DNA from: an uncultured Candidatus Saccharibacteria bacterium
GTDB lineage: Bacteria; Patescibacteriota; Minisyncoccia; Phycocordibacterales; UBA9973
NCBI GenBank assembly: GCA_964496425.1
Contig: CAZBZO010000004.1
Location: forward strand, 23,118 to 87,117
Reading direction: 5' to 3'
DNA: 64,000 nt
Shown here: positions 8,438 to 16,922 of the stretch, piece by piece
Position numbering within the stretch: the first letter of the stretch is position 1
Layout of the letters: each line of letters begins with the position of its first letter
Position numbers and translations under genes: made by a program
Notes under the pieces: generated by a model
Told to the model about the DNA's origin: nothing
The model's input: the letters and a program-made list of their open reading frames with translations, nothing else
The model's database searches: none

Positions 8438-10360
8438 ATGAAGAATACTAAAGAGCCAAAAAAGAGCGCTCCGGCTTTGATTGGCACTATTTCTCTTACC
8501 AGTAAAGGCGTCGGCTATGTCCGTCTTTCTGCAAGTCTTGAGGATGATATTGAGATTGAAAATAGATTTTTGCGCACGGCACTTCACGGCGACACCATAG
8601 AACTTCTCCTTCACCCACGGCGACCCAAACAGCGTACGACCGGCGAAGTGGTCAGTATAATTTCTCGAGCCAAGGCAGGCTTTGCAGGTACACTGATCGT
8701 TGAGGGCGACACTCTTGTCCTCGATGCGGACGACCAAAAACTTTACACCTCGATCTTGGTACCAAAAGCAAATCTTCATGGCGCCAAAGCAGGAGAGAAA
8801 GTATTCGTAAAAATTATTTCTTGGCAGGATCCAAAAAAACTACCCTTAGGAGAAGTCGCGCAAATATTGGGCGCGCCGGGCGAACATGAAGCTGAGATTG
8901 CGGCAATTTCGCTAGAAAAAGGATTCAATTCGCTTTTTCCCAAAGATGTCGTCGATGAATCAGAGCGGTTAGATCATAAGATGCCAGATATTTCTAGCCG
9001 CCGAGATTTTCGCACTACGCCGACCTTCACTATCGATCCGTTTGACGCCAAAGATTTTGACGATGCACTTTCAGTTCTCAAACTTCCAGACGGCAAATTT
9101 GAGATTGGTATCCATATTGCTGATGTGTCTCACTACGTGCGCCCAGGCAGTGCAATTGATAAAGAAGCATTTAAACGCGCAACATCGGTGTATCTTGTCG
9201 ATCGCACGATTCCCATGCTCCCAGAAATACTTTCCAACGATCTCGCAAGCCTGAAGCCTGATGTTGATCGCCTCACGATGAGTGCAGTGTTTATCATGGA
9301 TATACATGGCGCCATTCACGGAGAATGGTACGGCAAGAGTATTATCCATTCCGATAAGCGTTTTACCTATGAAGGAGCGCAAGAAATACTTGATGCAAAG
9401 CAAGGTGAATTCTATAGCGAGCTTCATACATTAAACAAACTTGCCAAAATCCTTGAAAAAAACAGACTCGCCGACGGCGCTTTAGTGCTTGAAACAGAGG
9501 AAGTAAAATTCGAACTCGATAAAAAAGGAGTACCGATTGCTGTCTACAAAAAAGTCCGTGGCGATACGCACAAGCTGGTAGAAGAATTCATGCTCCTTGC
9601 GAACCGAAAGGTAGCTGAGTTCATTACAAAAAAATCAAAGAAAAATATTTTTATTTATCGTGTCCATGACCTGCCGGACCCTGACAAACTTGCTGATTTA
9701 AAGAGCTTTTTGAGCCAGCTCGGTCATAAGATTTCGGGAACAGGAAAAGTCTTGCTGGCAAAAGACTTGAGCACCTTTTTAAAACGCATTGCGAGCCATC
9801 CAGAGAAAAGTATGATTGAAATGACGATCGTGCGCTCGATGGCCAAAGCCGTATACTCAACGACCAACATCGGCCACTATGGCTTAGCTTTCAAACACTA
9901 CACGCACTTTACTTCCCCAATCCGCCGGTATCCGGATTTGGCTGTGCATCGGCTCTTGGAAAGTTATCTTTCAGGTCATTCACCCAAACCAGAATCAATC
10001 AAAACCTACGACGAGATCTCACGACATTCATCGGTACAAGAAAAGAAAGCTGCTGAAGCCGAACGTGCCAGCGTGAAATATAAGCAAGTAGAATACATGA
10101 GCAAACGCATCGGCACTACACTTACTGGTACTATTTCTGGGGTGACCGATTGGGGGCTCTATGTGGAAGAAAAAGAAACAAAATCAGAAGGCATGATTCC
10201 TATCCGCAACTTGGGCGCCGAATATTTCACATTCGATAAGACAAAAATGGCTATTATCGGACAAAAAACTCGTACCCGCTATCGCTTGGGTGACACGATC
10301 CGCATTAGTGTTGCCGAAGCGAACCTCGGTACCAAAACGATCACTTATGCGCTTGCTTAA
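8438..10360 (+). CDS. rnr: ribonuclease R
   Basis: TIDPFDAKDFDDALS, IHIADVSHYV, EEFMLLAN, YTHFTSPIRRYPD, C-terminal S1 domain; start at ATG 8438. Confidence 0.95.
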   Translation: MKNTKEPKKSAPALIGTISLTSKGVGYVRLSASLEDDIEIENRFLRTALHGDTIELLLHPRRPKQRTTGEVVSIISRAKAGFAGTLIVEGDTLVLDADDQKLYTSILVPKANLHGAKAGEKVFVKIISWQDPKKLPLGEVAQILGAPGEHEAEIAAISLEKGFNSLFPKDVVDESERLDHKMPDISSRRDFRTTPTFTIDPFDAKDFDDALSVLKLPDGKFEIGIHIADVSHYVRPGSAIDKEAFKRATSVYLVDRTIPMLPEILSNDLASLKPDVDRLTMSAVFIMDIHGAIHGEWYGKSIIHSDKRFTYEGAQEILDAKQGEFYSELHTLNKLAKILEKNRLADGALVLETEEVKFELDKKGVPIAVYKKVRGDTHKLVEEFMLLANRKVAEFITKKSKKNIFIYRVHDLPDPDKLADLKSFLSQLGHKISGTGKVLLAKDLSTFLKRIASHPEKSMIEMTIVRSMAKAVYSTTNIGHYGLAFKHYTHFTSPIRRYPDLAVHRLLESYLSGHSPKPESIKTYDEISRHSSVQEKKAAEAERASVKYKQVEYMSKRIGTTLTGTISGVTDWGLYVEEKETKSEGMIPIRNLGAEYFTFDKTKMAIIGQKTRTRYRLGDTIRISVAEANLGTKTITYALA

Positions 10361-11348
10361 AAACATACTTATCGCTTTTTTCTCTTTTAGCGCCGTCGTA
10401 GGTTGGTACGCTCTCGGCCAGATACCACAGACCATCACCTATGCGCCGCAAGCAGCCTCTGCCATCGTTGCTGTTACGCCACCGCCAGTGCAAACAAAAG
10501 AAACGACACTTGTTTTTGTTGGCGACGTCATGCTTGATCGTGGTGTGAAATATTCTGTTGATAAAAATTTCTTTGGTAACTACGCGACACTTTTTGATAA
10601 TGGAGGATACCTCAAAGAGGCTGATATTGCCTTTGGTAACCTCGAAGGTCCTGTATCGGATCTTGGTAAAAATGTCGGAAGTATGTACTCATTTCGCATG
10701 GATCCGCAGATACTCCCTGTGCTAAAAAACACGGGCCTTGATATCGTTTCTTTTGCTAACAACCATGTTGGGGATTGGAGCAGTATTGCGTTTGACGATA
10801 CCCGGACACGGCTCACTGATGTTTCAATACTCTACACAGGCGCCGGTGACACCAAAATAGATGCGGAAACACCTACAGTAATTGTAAAAAACGGAACACG
10901 ATTTGGATTTTTGGGTTTCTCGGATGTGGGTCCCGTCTGGCTTGCCGCATCCGAAACAAAGTCAGGTATCTTACTTGCAAGCGATCCTCGTTTTGAAGAG
11001 ATTATTGCCGCTGCCAAACAGAAAGTGGATGTGCTTATAGTGTCAGTCCATTGGGGCGAAGAGTACCAGAAGGCTACGGATCGGCAAATTCTTCTCGCAC
11101 ACCGCGCTGTTGATGCTGGCGCTTCCCTTGTCGTCGGACACCATCCGCATGTTGCTCAAGCTACAGAGAAGTACAACGGAGGGTATATTGCCTACAGCTT
11201 AGGAAATTATATTTTCGATCAGGATTTTTCAAAAGAAGTTATGGAGGGATTGGTGCTTACGGCAACATTTGAAGGAGATACCATAAAAAACGTTGAGAAG
11301 AAGATAAGTGTGATGAATAAATTTTTCCAACCCCAAGAATTGAAATAA
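10347..11348 (+). CDS. CapA-family (PGA_cap) metallophosphoesterase, membrane-anchored
   Basis: GDVMLDRG, GNLEGP, ANNHVGD, HWGEEY, GHHPHV, YSLGNYIFDQ. Confidence 0.9.
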   Translation: MRLLKNILIAFFSFSAVVGWYALGQIPQTITYAPQAASAIVAVTPPPVQTKETTLVFVGDVMLDRGVKYSVDKNFFGNYATLFDNGGYLKEADIAFGNLEGPVSDLGKNVGSMYSFRMDPQILPVLKNTGLDIVSFANNHVGDWSSIAFDDTRTRLTDVSILYTGAGDTKIDAETPTVIVKNGTRFGFLGFSDVGPVWLAASETKSGILLASDPRFEEIIAAAKQKVDVLIVSVHWGEEYQKATDRQILLAHRAVDAGASLVVGHHPHVAQATEKYNGGYIAYSLGNYIFDQDFSKEVMEGLVLTATFEGDTIKNVEKKISVMNKFFQPQELK

Positions 11349-11354
11349 AAAATT

Positions 11355-11390
11355 AAATGCCACCCCAAGAAAAACTTAGGATGGCATTTT
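11355..11390. terminator. bidirectional terminator between convergent genes
   Basis: AAATGCCA-C-CC-C-AAG...CTT-A-GG-A-TGGCATTT imperfect hairpin. Confidence 0.6.
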
Positions 11391-11409
11391 ACTCAATTTT
11401 ATTTACCTT

Positions 11410-11820
11410 TTAACTTAATTGTGGCTTTTTTCTTAACAATACCACTCCAAGTACTAAAAAATAACCAATCCAGCATATAGCGCCGAAACCGGTCCATACA
11501 AGGATAAGTGTACTATTTTTTACCTCATCATCTGAGAATTGAAAAATTACTGCTCCGGCAACACCAATAAGCCCTATCGTGTAACATGCCATTTCAATCA
11601 TAAATTGGAAAGTTTGTTCCATCATATTTTTTCTTTTCTCTTCTGAGGCAAACTTTCTAAAAAAGAAAGCTATTGCGGGGAAGATAAGTAAGAGAAGAGC
11701 ACAAAGAGTTATTACTCCTTTGATCTCTGTGTTTACACTCGGCTGCGTTTGAAACTCATTGATGGAAAACGCAAACAAGCCACATAATAGAAAAGTGATA
11801 CTTAAGAAAGTTTTTTTCAT
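11410..11820 (-). CDS. AT-rich multi-pass membrane protein
   Basis: Start MKKTFLSITFLLCGLFAFS; signal-like N-terminus plus three hydrophobic segments. Confidence 0.7.
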   Translation of the reverse strand: MKKTFLSITFLLCGLFAFSINEFQTQPSVNTEIKGVITLCALLLLIFPAIAFFFRKFASEEKRKNMMEQTFQFMIEMACYTIGLIGVAGAVIFQFSDDEVKNSTLILVWTGFGAICWIGYFLVLGVVLLRKKPQLS

Positions 11821-11995
11821 GACCTTGGGTTTAGAGGTGAGTAAATGAACAATTATTGGATTGGAATATAGCATTAAAAGATCTGGTTGTGAAGCAGAAA
11901 CAAAGAGTACTAATGAAAAGATAATGCAATATTTTTGATTACAATCCGCAAACAAAAAGTCACTGTATTTACTAGAGATGATGGATGATGATGGC

Positions 11996-14263
11996 CTACT
12001 TGGCGATTTGGACTGCTTCGTCGAGTTTGATGGAGAGGAGCTTAGAAGCGCCGTCAGCGCCGACGGTGACGCCATAGAGCACTTGAGCGCGCGACATTGT
12101 TTCGCGATTGTGAGTCACCACAATGAGCTGAGAATATTTGGAAAGATTTTCAAGCATATCACCGTATTTGCGGCTGTTGGCCTCGTCGAGCGCGGCATCT
12201 GTTTCGTCAAGCACCAAAAACGGTGGTGGATTGACCTGTGACATAGCAAAGAGAAGGGCGATCGAGGTCAGTGAACGTTCACCGCCTGAGAGCATATGGA
12301 GATCTTTTACTTTTTTCTGTGGCAGTGACACATTGATATCAATGCCGCGCTCAAACTCAAGCTCATCTTCATCAGGATCGGCAATCTCGTCTTCAAGTTC
12401 CCCTTCCGCACGTGCGCGACGATGCTCCACGACAATAGAGAGAAACGCTGTACCGCCACCGAACATAAGCTTGAAAAATTCTTGGAATTGATGATTTATT
12501 TTTTCAATACCTTCTTTAAACTTTGTATCAAGGGTGTCTTTGAGCTCAGAAATAAGCGAGCGGAGTGATTCGATACTTTTCCGTATATCTTCAAGCTCAC
12601 GGGAAAGAAACTGATCGCGCGCAAGCGTGTCATCATATTCCTTGAGGACATCAGACCCAGAGCCGCCGCCAATATCTTCGAGTTTTATCTTAATGCGTTC
12701 GATTTTTTTGCGATGTATCTCTTGCAGGACTCGTGTTTCAGAAGTCAGGACATGTGGCTCTCGCACTGGAACAATATGATCAAGCGTCATACCAAGTAAG
12801 ACCTCGGCTTCTTTCATCTCTTCCGAAAATCGTGTTTCTTCATCGCCCAGGCGCGCACGCTCGAGAGCTAAAAGATTGCGAACGCCTTCCACTTCAGTCC
12901 GTTTACCAGAGAGCTCGTAAAACATCCGGTCCGTTTCGCGTTTCTCAGTATCCATACTCTGAAGTGCCCGCTCAATCATTTCCACCTCTCTCTTTCCTTC
13001 GTTTTCTTTTTCGATCATGCTGGCAAGCTCCTTTGCAAGCTCGGATTTTGTATTTTCAAGCGAAACGATTTCTTGACGTGGTATCGCTGATGCGGCGTCT
13101 TCACCAGCCGTTTTTGGCAGAGACAAAAGCGATCCAAGTTGTTCTTTGATCCGGCGCAACACTGACTCCATGTTCTCCTGTGTACCTCCTTCCAAGAGAG
13201 CATCAATGTCTGAGATAACACCTTGAGTGACACGCGAGAGTTCCTCGTAAGAAACTGATCGTTTTTCTTCTTGATGCGGCTTATTGTGCAATCCAAGCAA
13301 GGTCTCAAGTGAGCCTTCGATCCGACCGAGCTTTCGAGTCAATTCTTCATACTCTCTTCGAATATGAGCAAGGGTTTCTTGTTTTTCACGCAATGCCTCT
13401 CTTTTTTCACGAACATTGCTATCGTCCGTATCTGTTCTCTCTGTACTAGAGAGTTTGCTTGCGAGTCCAGCCAGCTCTTCGTCATTGGCTTTTTGTTTTT
13501 CGGCGAGCGCTTCATGGGCCTGAACCAAATACCCCCGCTCACTCCCCGCATACGTTTTGTACAACTCCTCAAGTTCGACGCGCATATCACGTGCTTTTTC
13601 TATCTTTTCCACCTGTTTTTTCAAAAAGCCCAAGTGCGGTGCGATTTCACGGCGAAGCGATTCCGCTTCCTTCATGTTCTCAGTCGTCTTTAAAAGCTTG
13701 CGTTCTGATTCGCGGATTTTGTATTGATAAATTTTAAGTCCGAGCGCGTCTTCGATCATCGCGCGGCGCTCTTTGGGACTGGTGGAGAGGATGCGATCAG
13801 CTTCGCCTTGCGAAATAATATGGTGACCGGAGCTACCAATATTGACCGATGCGAGTGCTTCGTTGACGTCTTTGAGTCGCACTTCAGTGCCGTTGATGAA
13901 ATAGCTACTGCCACCGTCACTTGCGACTTCTCGTGCGAAGCTCACATCGTCAAAATCAAGATTGGCAGACTGATTGTCTGATCCGGTAAATGAGAAAACT
14001 TTCTTGCGATTGTCGAAAGTGATGGTCACCCGTGCGCGGCTCTGTGATGCCATGCTTTTTGAACCTTTAAATATCAAATCACTGCTGCCTTTACCGCGCA
14101 TCGATTTCATCGACTGCTCGCCGAGTACAAAGCGAATCGACTCAACAACATTGGACTTACCAGAACCGTTGGGACCAACAATAGCCGTGACTGGTGTTTC
14201 AAATACCAAAGCTGTTTTTTTGCCGAATGATTTAAAACCGTTTAGTTCAAGTGATTTAAGCAT
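11996..14263 (-). CDS. smc: SMC-family ATPase, short form (755 aa)
   Basis: Walker A GPNGSGKSN, Q-loop IISQG, signature LSGGE, Walker B/D-loop LDETDAALD, VVTHN; directly downstream of rnc. Confidence 0.88.
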   Translation of the reverse strand: MLKSLELNGFKSFGKKTALVFETPVTAIVGPNGSGKSNVVESIRFVLGEQSMKSMRGKGSSDLIFKGSKSMASQSRARVTITFDNRKKVFSFTGSDNQSANLDFDDVSFAREVASDGGSSYFINGTEVRLKDVNEALASVNIGSSGHHIISQGEADRILSTSPKERRAMIEDALGLKIYQYKIRESERKLLKTTENMKEAESLRREIAPHLGFLKKQVEKIEKARDMRVELEELYKTYAGSERGYLVQAHEALAEKQKANDEELAGLASKLSSTERTDTDDSNVREKREALREKQETLAHIRREYEELTRKLGRIEGSLETLLGLHNKPHQEEKRSVSYEELSRVTQGVISDIDALLEGGTQENMESVLRRIKEQLGSLLSLPKTAGEDAASAIPRQEIVSLENTKSELAKELASMIEKENEGKREVEMIERALQSMDTEKRETDRMFYELSGKRTEVEGVRNLLALERARLGDEETRFSEEMKEAEVLLGMTLDHIVPVREPHVLTSETRVLQEIHRKKIERIKIKLEDIGGGSGSDVLKEYDDTLARDQFLSRELEDIRKSIESLRSLISELKDTLDTKFKEGIEKINHQFQEFFKLMFGGGTAFLSIVVEHRRARAEGELEDEIADPDEDELEFERGIDINVSLPQKKVKDLHMLSGGERSLTSIALLFAMSQVNPPPFLVLDETDAALDEANSRKYGDMLENLSKYSQLIVVTHNRETMSRAQVLYGVTVGADGASKLLSIKLDEAVQIAK

Positions 14264-14288
14264 GCTGAGAGTTCGTAAATTTCATAAA

Positions 14289-14984
14289 CTAATCAAGCCA
14301 CCCCTTGGTGATGAGCGCTTCCTGCGCCGCTTTCTGTTCTGCTTCTTGTTTTGATTTGCCCATGCCTCGCGCGATAAGATCAGTACCGAAATAAATACCA
14401 GTCGTAAAATGCTTATCGTGATCAGGTCCACTTTCAGCCAAGACTTTATACGCTGGCGTCACGCTGAAATATTCTTGAGCTTTTTCTTGGACAAGACTTT
14501 TGGCGTCACGCCAGAGCTTTTGGGTAACAATCGCTTCCGTGAGGGGCAAAAGGTAGGTGCCGATAAATTTTTCGGCAGACGCATAGCCTTGATCAAGATA
14601 GAGCGCTCCGACAACCGCTTCAAACGTATTGGCGAGAATATAACTTCGCGCTTTACCCATATCTTTGGCTTCGCCTTTTGAGAGAAGAAGAAAATCATTC
14701 ATCGAAAGCGTGCTGGCGATATCAGCGATCGTGACAGCATTTACCAAGGCTGCCCGATATGATGTCAGCTCCCCTTCAGGACTTTCTGGATATTTTTTAT
14801 AGAGATAGTCTGTCACGACAAGCTCAAGCACAGCATCGCCCAAAAACTCCAAGCGCTCGTTGTGCGAAAGCTTGAGTTTGGGATTTTCATTGATATAAGA
14901 GCGATGGATAAAGGCTTGCATGAGAAGACCTTTGTCTTTGAATGTGGTACCTATTTTCTTTTCGAACGGTTTAAAATCAATCAT
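14289..14984 (-). CDS. rnc: ribonuclease III
   Basis: HNERLEFLGDAVL signature, FEAVVGALYLD, C-terminal dsRBD (GKSKQEAEQKAA). Confidence 0.97.
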   Translation of the reverse strand: MIDFKPFEKKIGTTFKDKGLLMQAFIHRSYINENPKLKLSHNERLEFLGDAVLELVVTDYLYKKYPESPEGELTSYRAALVNAVTIADIASTLSMNDFLLLSKGEAKDMGKARSYILANTFEAVVGALYLDQGYASAEKFIGTYLLPLTEAIVTQKLWRDAKSLVQEKAQEYFSVTPAYKVLAESGPDHDKHFTTGIYFGTDLIARGMGKSKQEAEQKAAQEALITKGWLD

Positions 14985-15035
14985 AGAAATTTCTTAATAT
15001 ATAATTCGTACAATCGTGTGAAGTGTCCTTAAATT

Positions 15036-15941
15036 TTATTCTTCTTTTTCGCTCGTTAGTATGGCAATAGATTTTGCCAAGAGCCCCGTCACATCATCAT
15101 AGATCTTGAGCGCTCCGAGCTCTTCCATGGTAAACCACTTGGCCCCATCGAGTCCGCCAGATTTCTCCAGTACCACTTCTATAAACGGCGATTCTGCGAG
15201 GAAAAATGTCACCTGCTTTCGAATCTTACCGTCGGTAGGATGATTGGCGATATATTCGCTGTCGCCAAGTTTTTCCTTGATCGTTATGTCGAGATTGATT
15301 TCTTCTTTTATCTCTCGCACTGCCGCTTGACCAACATCTTCACCTTTTTCAACGCCACCTTTGGAAAGTGTCCAGTATCCAAAAACATCGTGGACAAGTG
15401 CAAAATAAATAGTTCCCTCGTGACGAGCGTAGACGACCGCTCCAGCTTTTTGCTCAATCGGAAGCTTGGTAATGTCTACCGGCTCGTTTGATTTTTTCTT
15501 TTTGCTGGTATCGTTTTTGCCGGGCTCGCCGATTTCTTTATAGACTGCGCCGAGCACACCGTTGATAAACTTGCTAGAGTTTTCTCCACCAAATGTTTTA
15601 GCAAGCTCGATGGCTTCATTGATCGCCACTTTCGGCGGCACTTCTTCACGATCACCAAAAAGAAGCTCAGCGAGGCCCATACGCAAAATGTTGCGATCAA
15701 CAGCGTTGATCTTGTCTATCGGCCATTCTGGTGCGGCTTTTTCTATGATGTCGTCGATGAGTGTGCGTTTCTTTTGGATATTACCAAGAATCGTCATCAT
15801 AAACGGCGTATCATCGAGTCCCGGAGCAAACTCTTCGGTGTCACGCGTAAGAATTTCTTTCAATTCTTCAGGGTGGCCTCTAAAATCCCACTCGAAGAGT
15901 GTTTGGAGGATTATTGATCTTGAGAGGTGGCGGTTTGCCAT
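15036..15941 (-). CDS. nusB: transcription antitermination factor NusB fused to a Nudix hydrolase
   Basis: RHLSR, VDRNILR, VAINEAIELAK, FINGVLG, then Nudix box GGVEKGEDVGQAAVREIKEE. Confidence 0.92.
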   Translation of the reverse strand: MANRHLSRSIILQTLFEWDFRGHPEELKEILTRDTEEFAPGLDDTPFMMTILGNIQKKRTLIDDIIEKAAPEWPIDKINAVDRNILRMGLAELLFGDREEVPPKVAINEAIELAKTFGGENSSKFINGVLGAVYKEIGEPGKNDTSKKKKSNEPVDITKLPIEQKAGAVVYARHEGTIYFALVHDVFGYWTLSKGGVEKGEDVGQAAVREIKEEINLDITIKEKLGDSEYIANHPTDGKIRKQVTFFLAESPFIEVVLEKSGGLDGAKWFTMEELGALKIYDDVTGLLAKSIAILTSEKEE

Positions 15942-16004
15942 AATTGTCTATTGTAAATGAAATGAACGAGATAGTCCTAAATAAAAAGAAACGGCCAAGC
16001 TATA

Positions 16005-16235
16005 TTATTTAGCTGCTTCTTTCTCTTTAGCCTTGTTTTTAGCGGCCTTTTTTTCTACCTTGGCTACAACATTGAGCACTTGACGCGCTCCGTAGTAACC
16101 ACATTTTCCGCAGGCAACATGCGGCATTTTAAGAGCACCACAGTGGCTGCATTTTGAAAAAGACTTCCCCTTCAACGCGTGATGGGAACGTCTATTAGCC
16201 GTGTGGCTCTTGGTGTGTCGCATTCGTATTACCAT
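16005..16235 (-). CDS. rpmF: 50S ribosomal protein L32
   Basis: RRSHHAL, CSHCG...PHVACGKCGYY zinc ribbon. Confidence 0.93.
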   Translation of the reverse strand: MVIRMRHTKSHTANRRSHHALKGKSFSKCSHCGALKMPHVACGKCGYYGARQVLNVVAKVEKKAAKNKAKEKEAAK

Positions 16236-16271
16236 GTCGCCTAGTGTAGCAAATATGGCATAAAATGCAAA

Positions 16272-16883
16272 TTACTGAGGAACACTCACAAAGCGCGAAA
16301 GAAAGCTCTTACGGTGAAGCGCGCAGAGGCCGCTTTTCTTGAGGCATTGATAGTGCTTTTTGGTGCCATAGCCTTTATGGGTGTCAAAGAGATACTCTGG
16401 AAATTGTTTGGCATAGAGAGACATCCGGCGATCTCGAGTGACTTTGGCGCAAATAGATGCAAGCGCTATCACCGGCTCTTTTTCATCGCCTTTGATAATA
16501 GTCTTTTGATTTTTAAAATTCTTTGGCGCGTGAAGCCCACCGTCGAGGAGTATTGGATAGGAATTCTTAGCTGATAGTTTGGACAGGCAGGTATCAAGGG
16601 CTTTTTGAATAGCAGAATTGATACCGATCCGATCAATTTCTTTGGCTGGGATTAGCGTCACCGTAAAATCAAGAATCCCCTCTTTTTGCCACTCTTTAAT
16701 AATCGCAAACCATTTCTCTCGCTGTGCTGCTGTAAGTTTCTTCGAATCCCGAAGTGGAACCCCTACACTACTAATTAGTAATTTGTAATTAGTAATTTTC
16801 AATTGGAGCGCAGCGACAGAGACTGGTCCCGCAATCGGCCCCCGTCCCGCTTCGTCGATACCAATAACCTTATGGTGGACCAT
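16272..16883 (-). CDS. rnhB: ribonuclease HII
   Basis: IGIDEAGRGPIAGP, DSKKL, LLDG, KGD, ASICAKVTRD, HKGYGT, HRKSF; true start probably ATG 16883. Confidence 0.95.
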   Translation of the reverse strand: MVHHKVIGIDEAGRGPIAGPVSVAALQLKITNYKLLISSVGVPLRDSKKLTAAQREKWFAIIKEWQKEGILDFTVTLIPAKEIDRIGINSAIQKALDTCLSKLSAKNSYPILLDGGLHAPKNFKNQKTIIKGDEKEPVIALASICAKVTRDRRMSLYAKQFPEYLFDTHKGYGTKKHYQCLKKSGLCALHRKSFLSRFVSVPQ

Positions 16884-16922
16884 ACTCGGCAATTGTAACG
16901 TATTTGCTATACTATCTCCATC
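16884..16922. promoter_or_regulatory. divergent leaderless promoters of rnhB and dnaE
   Basis: TATACT (16908-16913) 9 nt before the dnaE ATG; TACAAT on the minus strand (16897-16892) 8 nt before the rnhB ATG. Confidence 0.6.
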
